A DNA stretch of 64,000 bases from Octopus vulgaris (lineage: Eukaryota). Position numbers and translations under genes: made by a program. Location of the stretch: assembly GCA_951406725.2 (NCBI GenBank), contig OX597822.1:6200001-6264000 (forward strand). The letters are read 5' to 3'. Of this stretch, positions 1 to 13,169 are shown piece by piece. Within the stretch, counting starts at the first letter, position 1; each line of letters starts with the position of its first letter. The notes under the pieces were generated by a model. That model ran no database searches. It had not been told where the DNA came from and was given only the letters and a program-made list of their open reading frames with translations.

Positions 1-1917
1 GCCCAAGTATTCTCCCAATTCTCCGGGCTGACCCCAGAGCTATACGGTCGCTACTTGGACACCTGCATAGGCGCCATCTCCCTCTCCTGCAATCAACTCT
101 GTCACTTCATCTCTTTACTCTCTAACTTGTATGCCTCACTCCAATTTACCTCTACCGTCTCTAACACATCGGTTAACTTCCTAGATATCTCTTATCATTG
201 TCCTTATATCTCACTTTTACCACCTCTGCCTTCTTCAAACCCACAGATTTTTACCTCTCCCTGAACTTCTCCTCCACCCATCTCTCCCACACTAAACGGG
301 CCTTTCCCTACTCCCAGTTCCTCCTCCTCTGACTCTTGTGCAGCCGGTACCAGAAATTTGAGACCCACTCCCAGTACCTTGCGCGCCTGTTCATGCATCG
401 AGGATTCCCCTCGACCCTTGTTCAAACCGCCCTTGCCCGCGCTGGTCGAATCCATCGCACCACTCCCCTCTTCTTCCCCACACCAATCCCCTAACCGCAC
501 CCTATTTCCTCTCCGTTTCCACCCCTCCACCCTACACCTTCGTCGGAGGATCCTACGGGCCTTCCGTCGTCTCCAGCTAAGATCCCACTACCCACATCAT
601 TTTCACCAACCCACCCTTGTCCTCCTTTAAACGAGCCCGAAACCTACGCGATCTACTGGTCCGTATCACCTTCTCCTCTTCCCCCAGCCCCACCTGGATC
701 CTTCCCTTGGTCTAGATCCCGCTGCCACACCTGCCCTTTCATCACCAACACCACCTCCCTCACTGGTTCGAACCACAACCAGTGCACTCTCCACATTAGT
801 GCACACTCCTTCTCCTGCACCTCTTCAAGCCTTATCTATTGCATTAGATGTAATCTCTGTAATAAACTCTACGGAGGCTAGACGGGTCGCCAGCTGGCCG
901 CCCGGTTTGCCAAACATCTATGTGATGTTCGGCTACGCACGGACACCACCGTCGCACGTTATTTCTTATTTCTTTATTGCCCACAAGGGGCTAAATACAG
1001 AGGGGACAAACAAGGACAGACAAACGGATTAAGTCGATTATTATATCGATCCCAGTGCGTAACTGGTACTTATTTAATCGACCCGGGAAGGATGAAAGGC
1101 AAAGTCGACCTCGGCGGAATTTGAACTCAGAACGTAGCGGCAGACGAAATACCGTTAAGCATTTCGCCCGACGCGCTAACGTTTCTGCCAGCTCGCCGTT
1201 ATTTCTGCTTGACTAACCACTCCCCCTCTAATATCTCCGTCTCTGTCCTCGCCCTGCCCCACGGATCCACACACACGTGACTTCGCCTAGAACAGAGTTA
1301 CGTTTCCAGTCAACAGATACAAATTCCTCTCCGACTCAATACAACCCCCTCCTCTTAACGACTATCTCTACAAACTTTTTATTTTATCTACTAAATTTTA
1401 TTTGTGATTATCTTATTTTGTCCCCCCTTCCACCCCCTTACTTTTTCATACTCTTACCCCTTCTCCCTTTTTCAAATATTTTTTATATAATTTACTTTCT
1501 CTTGTTGTTTAACTTTTTAAGTGCATTATTTTTTATAATTGTATTAATTTCTATTTTATCCCTTTAATTTTTATTTTATATCTCATTTTTTATCTTGTAT
1601 CTGCTAATTTTTGTATTTTTTACACGTAGTACCCTTCCCCCTTTTTTATCAAGCTTATTTTATTATAGTTTATTTTATTTCTATATACACGCACACACAC
1701 ATACACCCACGTACATATACACACACACGAAAAAATACACGCACCCGTGCACACACATGCGCACACACACATACATGCGCGCACACACACCCGTACAGGA
1801 AGAAGAGGGTCTGCTCGAAACGTTAAACCATCTTTGTTACCCTGAGCGCCTGCTAATACTTTACATGTACCACGTCCTCGGGTTGTTTTTTGTGCTTCTT
1901 CTTCTTTTTTGGGATTT

Positions 1918-1919
<2 letters not shown>
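1..1919 (+). mobile_element. Penelope-like retroelement remnant (RT C-terminus, GIY-YIG endonuclease, 3' pLTR), interrupted by a SINE
   Basis: Manual translation gives YGRYLDTCIG (decayed RYxDD), VNFLDIS, FKPTD..HTKRAFPYSQF..RGFP, a Cys linker SRSRCHTCPF and LIYCIRCNLCNKLYGG*TGRQLAARFAKHL (GIY-YIG). Stops and frameshifts are present. An AT-rich tail carries a hammerhead-like motif at ~1796-1826 and ends at (TA)n. Confidence 0.88.
968..1197 (-). mobile_element. tRNA-derived SINE, family A
   Basis: GGCGAGCTGGCAGAAACGTTAG head, GAGTTCAAATTCC B-box, GTCGACTTTGCCTTTCATCC core and AAGAAATA tail. 10-bp TSD CGTTATTTCT at 958-967 and 1198-1206. Many near-identical copies in the window. Confidence 0.9.
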
Positions 1920-1962
<43 letters not shown>

Positions 1963-1994
1963 ACATATATATGTACACACATACATACATACAT

Positions 1995-2044
<50 letters not shown>

Positions 2045-3399
2045 TTATATATATATATGTATATATATCACAATCTAGGTTAGTTGAAATATGCTTGTCA
2101 CACATATTTCAAAAGGTAATGGTAAATACACTGCCGTCACCGTGGGGAAAATCTCTCTTATGGTAAAAAGGTGTGAAAACTCCCAGTCGATGGATCTGAA
2201 AAAATACCAGTGAATCTCCATCAAATCGTACCTTTGAACAATGAAAAGGAGGAGACGTGTGTGTTCGGGATAATGTAATCCTGGTTGTGTGTTATACATA
2301 ATAAATAGATCGGATGGAAACAGTTGTAATACCATTGGTAACTAAATCTAACCAGGCAGATCTAAACAATAGACCAACAGCAATAAGCCGGTGGATTGGC
2401 CACACTTAAAGCGTCGGATAGAATGCCTTGGGATATTTGCAGCTCTCTGGACGTGAAATTTATCTTTCTTCTTTTGAGGGTCGATAATAGGGTACCAACC
2501 CCAAGCAGTTGCTTCGTGGAACTGTAAGAAGCTCGTAGTGGACACGTGCGTTATTTGCTTCGTCTCTTCCTGCTCTGAGTTCAGATTTCACCAAATTCAA
2601 CTTTATTGTCCGTTTACCGAGGGTCGATATTAACGTAATAATTTCTTGTACAGTTGATGGATAGAACTGTAAGGAAGTCATACCGGATGTATTATGTCAT
2701 TTGCTCCAATTCTTGGCATTCTGAGTTCAAATCCCGTCATAGTCTACTTAACACCGCTTGGCACATTGGGTTTCTGTCAGCAGAGTCCATTTTGCTGCAA
2801 GTATTTTGACGGGTTTCTGGTTTGAGGATACTTTACTCTCTCCTTCCCTTCTAGTAATCTTGGGCCCATGTGACGGTCACTGGCGTTGTCTTTCTCATTG
2901 GCTAAAACATACAAAACATGAAAATTAAATTTCTGTCGGTATGTCTGGCTATCGCATGTCTGTGCGTCGTTTTTTGGTCATCCGGTAATTGGAATCCCTG
3001 CTCTTCAATGAAAAGAATCCAGGTCAATTATAATTATTAATCTTTTTTTTATTTTTTAAAAATTACCTTAGTCATTATATTGTGAATTTTTGAAATATCA
3101 ATTTGCTGTAATTTAGAATACAAAAACCAGGAACAAAGAACGCAACACAAACCTTCAGACACGCTAACAATTCCGACAGTAACTGCTCCAGCAAGATTTT
3201 TATTTCATCGATCACGAGTGGAGAAGAAGCAAAGTTTATTTTGACATAAGTTCAGTTCAGATCTCATGAAACAAAAGCTACAAAGCATTTTATTCTACGC
3301 TCTAAAGACTATTTATTCTCTGTATGGGTGCATTAAGATCCGCCATTCCACAAGAAGCGAAAGAATAGAAACTCACTCTGCTTAGTTATATTTCGGTCA

Positions 3400-3800
3400 A
3401 CACATTACACTCGAGGGGTCATATATTAGGGAGTTATGTGAGCGTTGATCATATCTCTCTCATCCATGTGATCAGATTACCGTTCAACTTGTCTTTGAGA
3501 TTCCGGCCTTTCTGCTTATAATCTCACTGCAGTTCTTATCTATCAGGACCCATTTACGGTAATCCAAACTTCATTCCGGCCTATGCAAATCGATGTATGC
3601 ATATCGATTTGTCTTGGTTAATTCTTGCTTCAGTTACCACCTCCCATCCCATCAATATTTTAGCGAACATCTCCATTTCAAAGATATCCGAGAGTGTGAA
3701 AATGACATAAAAACACGGTTTTACTGTGTTCCGATTCGTGTAGATTATTCTTGAAGACATTTGAGTTCTGCAGCATGGCTCAAGACCGAAAACTTATATA
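3400..3800 (-). pseudogene. Highly decayed L1/Tx1-like LINE RT fragment
   Basis: Minus-strand fragments EARINQDKSIC and GPD..DKNCSEIISR resemble the AKINxxKS and GPDLQxEKNWSEV motifs of Tx1-type RTs. Many disruptions. Confidence 0.4.
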
Positions 3801-4289
3801 TGAAAGTCGAAAGCTGACATCATTGATGGAACAAGCCTGTGGTTCTAAACTGTTTCGGTTAGAGATCATATAATTTTGATGCCCGACTAGATGTCACCTT
3901 TCATAGATGGGAACGAATTTCTGAAACGAAACCGCAAAGGTCCCATTTAGTACGGTTGATAGATTTCAATGATTTTTCCCGTTGAAAACTTAAACTTCTC
4001 CAAATCATCGGTTCTTTATGTAGCACAGCGTGCCCCCGTTTTACAAAATGACATTTTACAAACACCCCCTACTCATGGTTTTTCAAAACTAGCCAGCAGA
4101 TTATTTTAATCAAACATAAGCTAATTTTGTGCAGTGGTTTATTATCTATATTTCCCAGTACTATCCCATCCAGCATATGCCACATTTTAGATATTTGCGC
4201 GAACAAGGCCCCGCTTTATATTACATTTTTATGGCAATTAGTAAATGAGATCATTATATAATACTTTTCATTATAAGCATGAGGCCTGA

Positions 4290-4450
4290 AATATTTTCGG
4301 GTTGGTGGAGAGGAAGGTGGGATAGTCGATTACTTCGACACTAGTGTTCGACTGATACTTATTTCATTAACTTCAAAAGGATGAAACGGCCAAGTCGGTC
4401 TCGATGAAATTTGAACTCAGAACACAAAGACGGGAAGCATTTTGTCAGGC
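4290..4450 (-). mobile_element. Degenerate SINE family A
   Basis: AAAAGGATGAAACGGCCAAGTCGGTCTCGATGAAATTTGAACTCAGAAC matches the family A core. Confidence 0.7.
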
Positions 4451-5273
4451 ATCAGACATAGTTAAGCTCACAAGTAATACAATGTCTTATTTATATTTTA
4501 ATCCTGAAAATGATTTATTTTTCGAAAACGAGTTTAAAATATTAGTACTGTATCCAATTTAACTTTCTGAGAAAAATTACGACTCATCGACGTTCGCAGC
4601 AGACATCAAGTAAGTGCCACTGGGCACTGCTTAACTTCTGCAGCCTTTTCTAGGCTTACAAGACACCACCGCTCGGTTTCTAAACCGGTGCTCTAAATTC
4701 GTTACAGCCTCACCAAAGCGATATTTAGTTCCTATGTACATGTCTACACACCATCAAGTCTTATGTATGTACTCAAATACAGCAATAGTACTTTGAGGCA
4801 GTGTCGACATACATTGTGTAGTATACTTTCAATAAAACTCGAAGCCAAAGGGAAACAACTGCACTGTACCTAAGGCACAGAGAGCTATGCTCAGTAATGC
4901 AGTGAAATCACGCAATGAAAATAATACAGCAAAAACAAAAAAAAAACAAGAAGAAAAATTAATATTTTTTAATGATATTGATACTAATAATTAGTTGAAA
5001 CCTTTGTAAAAGTATGGATTTTTCATTTCTTGGTCTGTTGCTTCTTGGTAATTTTTCGTGCACACATTTTTCTTTGTTGGATGTTATGGGACCATCGTAT
5101 GTATATATGCATCAGATTTCAGCCAATCAGATATAAAGAGTTAGAGGGGAGAGCGGGAGAAGTAAGAGGTGTGTGTATACCTGAGTGGTGTTGATGTGAT
5201 TAAAAGAAATTGGTAAAGATGAGAAGATTGGTAATAGGAGAGAGCGAGCGAGAGAGAGAGAGAGAGAGAGAGA

Positions 5274-5304
<31 letters not shown>

Positions 5305-5674
5305 TGTGTGCGTATGTGTGTAATGGAAGGAAACTAGTGGAATAGAGGATGTAGGAAGTGGAGAGTAAGAAACAGAAGGGAGATATACAAGGAAGTGGCG
5401 GAGAGTGCGTAAACGAAACGTTTGGGTAGGTAAGAAACATACCTATACACCAATGAAGAGAGAAAGAAAGGGCGAGAAAAAGAGAAAGGAGAAAATAGAG
5501 AAGAAACGGAACAAAACAATATAAAGGAAGTGGAATTAAAGGATGAATAAATAACACAAAGGGAAATTTGGAAAAAAACAATAAATAGGAGAGTAAGGAA
5601 AGTGAGCAGAAATAGAAAGAAAAGGGAAATTAATGAGGAAAGATGAATAGAAAGAGACAAAAGGAAAAGAACAT

Positions 5675-6130
5675 GAGAGTGAGAAAGAGAGAGAGAGAGC
5701 GAGAGAGTGAGAGAGAGAGTGAGAGGGAGAGAGTGAGTGAGAGAGAGAATGAGTGAGAGAGAGAGTGAGTGAGAGAGAGAGTGGGTGAGAGAGAGAGTGA
5801 GTGAGAGAAAGAGAGAGTGAGTAAGTGAGAGAGAAAGTGAGTGAGAGAGAGTGAGTGAGAGAAAGAGAGAGAGTGGGTGAGAGAGAGAGAGTGAGTGAGA
5901 GAAAGAGAGAGAGAGTGGGTGAGAGAGAGAGAGAGTGAGAGAGAGAGAGAGTGAGAGAAAGAGAGAGAGAAAGTGAGTGAGAGAGAGTGAGTGAGAGAGA
6001 GTGAGTGAGAGAAAGAGAGAGAGAGTGGGTGAGAGAGAGAGTGAGTGAGAGAAAGAGAGAGAGAGGGTGAGTGAGAGAGAGAGTGAGTGAGAGAAAGAGA
6101 GAGAGAGTGAGTGAGAGAGAGAGGGAGAGC
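5675..6130. repeat. Purine-rich (GA)n/(GAGT)n compound micro/minisatellite
   Basis: About 450 bp of GAGA/GAGT units; it explains the LS/H-rich ORFs. Confidence 0.95.
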
Positions 6131-6695
6131 AGGGAGAAGAGCAAAGAACAAGAAATGTCTTCCGAACTGGTATTATCAATTTTGCGAAATTTCCTTTCTA
6201 TATTCTCTCCTTCGTTCTGTTTCCTTCCTTCGGTTCATCCCTTTTTTCCTTGATGCCTTCCTTGTTCCTTCATTTTTCCTTCTCTCATTATCATATAAAG
6301 GCATGTAAACAAGCATTAACAAACCTATATTGGTAAATATATGCATATGCATGTCTCTACTCCTAATAAATGCATATATTAATATATTACGCCGGGGCCT
6401 AAAATATATAAGCATGTATGTATATATATATGTACACGTCTGTCAATCTGTTTGCCGTTTGCTTTGTCATTCTGTGTGTTTGGGTGTGTGTGTGCGTATA
6501 TATATATATATATATATATACACATACACATATATATATATATATACATCCATAATTCTACATATATAAATACGCACGTATATGCACACCCGCCCACGCA
6601 CACACATACATATTTGTATTTGTGCATGTATATATTTACGACTAAGTGTGATCTTAAATGTTATAATATTAAAACTAATTTTAGAAAATAAGAAC

Positions 6696-6850
6696 GGGCG
6701 TGGCTGCGTGGTAAGACGTTTGCTTTCCAGCTACATGGTTCCGGGTTCAGTCCCACTGCTTGGCACCTTGGGAAAGTGTCTTCTACTATAGCCTCGGGCC
6801 GACCAAAACCTTGTGAGTTGATATGGTAGACGGAAACTGAAAGAAGCCTG

Positions 6851-6944
<94 letters not shown>

Positions 6945-7161
6945 TTGTGTCAGTATTTCTCCCCCACCATCGCCGCTTCACAATCGGTGTTGGTGCGCTT
7001 ACGTCCACGTAACTTATCGGTTCGGCGAAAGGATAGAATAAGTGTCAGGATTTAAGAAGACATAACTACTTGGGTTGATTCATTCGACGAAAAGCCTTTC
7101 AATGCGGTGCTCCAGCATGACCGCAGTCAAAATGACTGAAACAAGTAAAAGAGTAAAAGAA
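6696..7161 (+). mobile_element. tRNA-derived SINE, family B (internal microsatellite)
   Basis: TGGCTGCGTGGTAAG A-box, GGTTCAGTCCC B-box, internal (TA)n(TG)n, tail AAACAAGTAAAAGAGTAAAAGA. Confidence 0.88.
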
Positions 7162-7679
7162 TCACTACTGACCAAAAGGTTGAGTTCTCAGTACTGCAGG
7201 GTAAGGCCGATGTATTGTAAAATCCGCCGTGGTTGCCGTTTAATATTTCACGTATCGGATTCTTCTGGACTCTTCGAATAATTCGTTAGTCAAAAGATGA
7301 AGTCCCAGTTAACATAAGTACTGGCATATATACTTTCGAAACTCCCAGCTTCTAAATCTATACCAATAACAACTGATGCATTAGACTTTGTGAGTAAATG
7401 CCTAAGTGACAACCTGGATAAGCTAGGTTCTTCAGAAAAAAGAAGTTAACCAGCTAACACGCACATTACAAATACAATTTGCAGGTGGAACAATAAAAAT
7501 ATACAAGACTTTTCTCAAGTTTAGAATGTGACATTGCTTTTGTTATCTACATTCAATCTATTTTAGAAACCAGTTCATTCTTCTGATGGAGAATTTTAAT
7601 AATTAGAAAGCATAACAGAATATAGAATGATAGATAGATAAATGGATTGATAGATAGATTGATAGATAGACAGAGGAGA

Positions 7680-8003
7680 GGGCACCTTACGCTCATGAAT
7701 GACCATGCGATTGTACCGAGAGAGTTCCCCTGAAATGCCCATGTCCGGGCCAGGTTGTATATATAGAAGCCCGACAGTTGCCAATACATACCGGTCTCTC
7801 CTCTCCACGCCACCGTGTCCAAGGGAAAGACAAAGACCTTTACAGCTTGGTACGAGTGACGTCGCAAATCATTTCTACAACTGAATGGACTGGGGCAAGG
7901 TGAAATAAAGTGTCTTCCTCAGGAACACAACACGCAGTCCGGTTCAGGAATCGAACTCACTATCTCATGAAGATGAACCCGACGGTCTAACCAATGAGCC
8001 ATG
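7680..8003 (-). mobile_element. tRNA-derived SINE, family D-related
   Basis: The minus strand reads TGGCTCATTGGTTAGA...GAGTTCGATTCC...GTGTTGTGTTCCTGAGGAAGACACTTTATTTCAC, sharing head and core with 50112-50370. Confidence 0.75.
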
Positions 8004-8159
8004 TACATACATACATACATACATATGTATTTGTATTTATATAGAGAGAGTTATCTTTTATCATGTACCTTTTACTTTCTACAGTCATGTGACTGCAGCG
8101 ATGCTGGAGCACCACCTTAAACACACACACGCACACACACACACGAAGACATACATAAA

Positions 8160-8192
<33 letters not shown>

Positions 8193-8623
8193 ACATACAT
8201 GTCTAGAGATTTTGAAGTGATGTACAGATGTACAAGCTGGATCTGGTATGCGGAGCTTTCGACTGGTAGCACTTGCATGTGAAAGTTGTTTGCAAAACGT
8301 GTATATATATATATATATATATGCAGTGTACATTTAAGCACATAAGGGGTAGCCATCATAGGACTGCCTGCACGCTAGAGAGGACAGTTAAATTCCGTAC
8401 CACTGTTAGAGATAAAGATAAAATATCAATGGGATATATAACCGTAAAATGCGTTAAGTTATGCAAATCGATTAAACATGTTCTGTGGAGCATTCATTTA
8501 TAATAGTGACTTTATTTTTCCGTAGGGAGTTAAAATGTGCACTAGGCTGCACAGAAGATCCTAAGCTAAGAATTGAAGCTTGTTCACTGTTTTTTTTTAT
8601 TCTGTCGATGAATATATTGTATA

Positions 8624-8881
8624 TGTATGCACATATATGAGTGTATGTGTGTATATATATGTGCGTACCTGTGTATATGTGAATGTGCGTGTGGGAGTGC
8701 ACTCCAACATCAAATTTAAGCCCTATTTTTAGTGCACGTGATTTATTAATCTCGATTTTTTTTGTGTGTGTTTTTATGCGTCACTAAATTGTACGGCATC
8801 GGCAATGATCCGTTGGGATCTACTCCTTACGCACACGCACACACAAACAGATTGAGTGATATACTCCCACATGTATAAACA
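8624..8881 (+). repeat. Segment A, directly duplicated at 9535-9791
   Basis: About 257 bp near-identical with a few substitutions (TCACTAAATT vs TCAGTAAATT). Confidence 0.92.
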
Positions 8882-9092
8882 CATAAACACGCGCGTGCAA
8901 ATGGCATATACTCTCATACGCCCAAAATTTAAACTGAATTTAATGATATGGTAACAGGAAAATAATATTTTTATTTTCATAGGGATAATTGTCAGGCTGA
9001 AAACACTTGGAGAACCCATCGTATAGAGAGAAAGCGAGAGGAGAGAGTGTGAGAGGTAGATAGATAAGAAAATAAATAGATAGATAAATAGG

Positions 9093-9161
<69 letters not shown>

Positions 9162-9168
9162 CGGTAGT

Positions 9169-9213
<45 letters not shown>

Positions 9214-9347
9214 GAAATTGTGGGGGCGGAAGAATGGTTTTATTGGGTAAAAGAGAGGAGAGAAAATGTAGATTTAACCAGCTAAATTATTGTATACACG
9301 TAATATACCCATGAATACTGGCACTTATATATATATATATATATATA

Positions 9348-9510
9348 TATTGTTATATTTCGGAATGGTCATATTGCCAGTTTAGCCAATAAAAACACAC
9401 GCACTATATATTTGGTGTTATTTTGCTTCAGTGATATTTATTTTTTACATTAATCTTAATCTTATTTCGGCCAAAGTTCTTTCGTCACACTCCTGTGACC
9501 GCATCAGTGG
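9348..9510 (-). mobile_element. PLE pLTR-like terminus with hammerhead-like motif; inverted partial copy at 10159-10307
   Basis: Minus strand reads CCA CTGATGCG GTCACA-GGAG-TGTGAC GAAA GAAC TT TGG. 9348-9494 is the reverse complement of 10159-10307. Confidence 0.65.
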
Positions 9511-9790
9511 TCCTTTGTTTTCTTCTCACTTACTTGTATGCACATATATGAGTGTATGTGTGTATATATATGTGCGTACCTGTGTATATGTGAATGTGCG
9601 TGTGGGAGTGCACTCCAACATCAAATTTAAGCCCTATTTTTAGTGCACGTGATTTATTAATCTCGATTTTTTTTGTGTGTGTTTTATGCGTCAGTAAATT
9701 GTACGGCATCGGCAATGATCCGTTGGGATCTACTCCTTACGCACACGCACAAACAAACAGACTGAGTGATATACTCCCACATGTATAAAC

Positions 9791-9867
<77 letters not shown>

Positions 9868-10078
9868 CATGTGTGTGTGCATATACATATACATGTAATT
9901 CAACAAAGCAATATCGTAAAATGTTATGAGAGTAAAAAAGGCAAACATAAAAATTAGAATTGGAAAGTTGAATATATGTATGAATTATGTATGCATGAAT
10001 GAATGTATGTATGTGCGTGTATATGTGTGCGTGTGCATATACATATTGGTATTTTTGCTGAGTTCTCTGTTTCACATG

Positions 10079-10159
<81 letters not shown>

Positions 10160-10360
10160 AGGAGTGTGACGAAAGAACTTTGGCCGAAATAAGATTAAGA
10201 TTAATGTAAAAAATAAATATCACTGAAGCAAAATAACACCAAATATATAGTGCGTGTGTTTTTATTGGCTAAACTGGCAATATGACCATTCCGAAATATA
10301 ACAATATCTGTTTCAACACACGACTTCACATAAAAAATCTTGCACAACAAATATTTAAAC

Positions 10361-10408
<48 letters not shown>

Positions 10409-10477
10409 ATAGACATGCACATCTATTCATATTTATATACATATATGTACATGTGCATGTGTTTTTCCATCTATCCC

Positions 10478-10533
<56 letters not shown>

Positions 10534-10987
10534 CCTATCTATCTGTGCATATATATATATATGCACACACAAACACACACACATATATACATACAAACAC
10601 TGTATTTGCATTTGTATTGCCATCAATTTTCTTCCCTTCCTAACCATAACCCAACCTCACTCATCTTCCAATCTCTAGCTAAAGAGTACACCATATTTGG
10701 CAACACAACATCCTTCGAAGGAGGAGAATATTTAGTTTATGATTGATATAAGCTATCAATTTGTTTTATGTAATGGAATAATTTTGATTGATTGTTTCTC
10801 CTTTCAATTCCACATCTATTTCTCCATCAAGTTTTACCACCTCTTTATTCATGCCTTATATTTCCTGATCTTTCAGAAGACATTCAACTTTCCAATTCAA
10901 ATTTTTATGTTTGCCTTTTTTACTCTCATAACATTTTACGATATTGCTTTGTTGAATTACATGTATATGTATATGCACACACACATG

Positions 10988-11046
<59 letters not shown>

Positions 11047-11145
11047 GGAGCAAGCGCTAATCCGAATGATATGATATATATGTAAAATGTAATATATAAA
11101 TAAATATCTACAAATATGAACCATCTGATCTGATTACCTCAATTT

Positions 11146-11193
<48 letters not shown>

Positions 11194-11311
11194 CGATGTA
11201 TTATGTATGCATGAATGAATGTATGTATGTGCGTGTATATGTGTGCGTGTGCATATACATATTGGTATTTTTGCTGAGTTCTCTGTTTCACATGCTATCT
11301 ATCTATCTATA

Positions 11312-11376
<65 letters not shown>

Positions 11377-11449
11377 CTATCTATCTCGCTAACTATCTAT
11401 CTCTATCTATCTATCTATCTCTCTATCAGTCTGTTTGTCTATCTATCTG

Positions 11450-11515
<66 letters not shown>

Positions 11516-11525
11516 AGTCTGTTTG

Positions 11526-11575
<50 letters not shown>

Positions 11576-11880
11576 AGTCTGTTTGTCTATGTATTCATCT
11601 ATCAATCTATCCCCCTGTCTCTCTCTAGCTCTCTTTTGTCTGGTATGATGCCACTTACTTGCTCTCTCTCTCTCCCTCTCTCTCTCTTTGCCTCTCACTC
11701 TTTGTTTCCCTCTCTCTCTGTTTCTCTTATTTGGCGAATGCCAATTTTCAATTTATATAATGAATTCCGCTCTATGCGTATCTATGGGGCTAACACTCTT
11801 ATTCAAACAAGCAAACACATACACGCATAGGCATACTTACATTCATATATGTACACACGCATATATATATAAATGTAGAT

Positions 11881-11980
11881 ATACATACTCCTACCAGTAC
11901 TTCACCTCGTATACGGAATTATACATACCTACTGCCCCTATACATGTCCACATATGCATACATATGAATATATATACATA

Positions 11981-12054
<74 letters not shown>

Positions 12055-12138
12055 TATGTATGCATATGTGGACATGTATAGGGGCAGTAGGTATGTATAA
12101 TTCCGTATACGAGGTGAAGTAGTGGTAGGAGTATGTAT
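11881..12138. repeat. Long inverted repeat centred on (TA)n
   Basis: About 90-bp unique arms (CATACTCCTACCA...CATATGAAT / ATTCATATG...TGGTAGGAGTATG) around a (TA)n spacer. Confidence 0.93.
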
Positions 12139-12139
12139 G

Positions 12140-12187
<48 letters not shown>

Positions 12188-12675
12188 TGCGTGAGTCGTC
12201 GAAGAGGCCACAAGTCAGGGAAAGATGCACTCATATATCTGTCAGTAGAGTGGGTATATCATTCGAATTGTATAGTACTAAATATGTATCACGGCTGATC
12301 TTATCAATCAGTTTCACGTAAATAATGTAATGGAGTATTAGGTAACAATCTAATTATATAACTTTATATTCATCAGAGTTAGCCGATATGGAAGGGAATA
12401 TGGCGACTACTCTCTATTGTCGGAGGCGGATTAGCACAACCGGTCAGCAGCTGCTGTGAAAAAGGTGGTGAAACAGAAAAGGGCCAGGGGACTAGGTTAA
12501 TAGTTATGTCCCTTGGTTGGGTATGATGTGAAGCCGTCAAGAATTATCTTGAATTGGAGAAAGTGTATATTATTAATGTGGTGCTCCTATGAAGTTGGAG
12601 GTGTATGATATGAGGTGTGTGGGATGTGTAGCGGTGTGATATGAATAGTTTTTTACGGGATGTAGATATATATAG

Positions 12676-12759
<84 letters not shown>

Positions 12760-12761
<2 letters not shown>

Positions 12762-13169
12762 TCTTTACTCTTTAACTTGTTTCAGTCATTTGACTGCGGC
12801 CATGCTGGAGCACCGCCTTTAGTCGAGCAAATCGACCCCGGGACTTATTCTCTGTAAGCCCCGTACTTATTCTATTGGTCCCTTTTGCCGAACCGCTAAG
12901 TGACGGGGACGTAAACACCAGCATCGGTTGTCAAGCTATGCTAGGGGGACAAACACAGACACACAAACACACAACACACATACATATATATATATATACA
13001 TATATACGACAGGCTTATTTCAGTTTCCATCTACCAAATCCACTTACAAGGCATTGGTCGGCCCGGGGTTATAGCAGAAGACACTTGCCCAAGATGCCAC
13101 GCAGTGGGACTGAACCCGCAACCATGTGGTTGGTTAGCAAGCTACTTACCACACAGCCACTCCTGCGCC
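12760..13169 (-). mobile_element. SINE family B, full length
   Basis: Reverse complement of the GGCGCAGGAGTGGCTGTGTGGTAAG...GTAAAGAGT consensus, flanked by (TA)n. Confidence 0.92.

Noticed and set aside
5334-6179. 281-aa Leu/Ser/His ORF
   Set aside because: Reverse translation of the (GA)/(GAGT) tract.
12185-12680. Possible PLE pLTR with hammerhead (CTGAT/ATCAG stem at ~12290-12315, minus)
   Set aside because: Core and GAAA are too degenerate to support.
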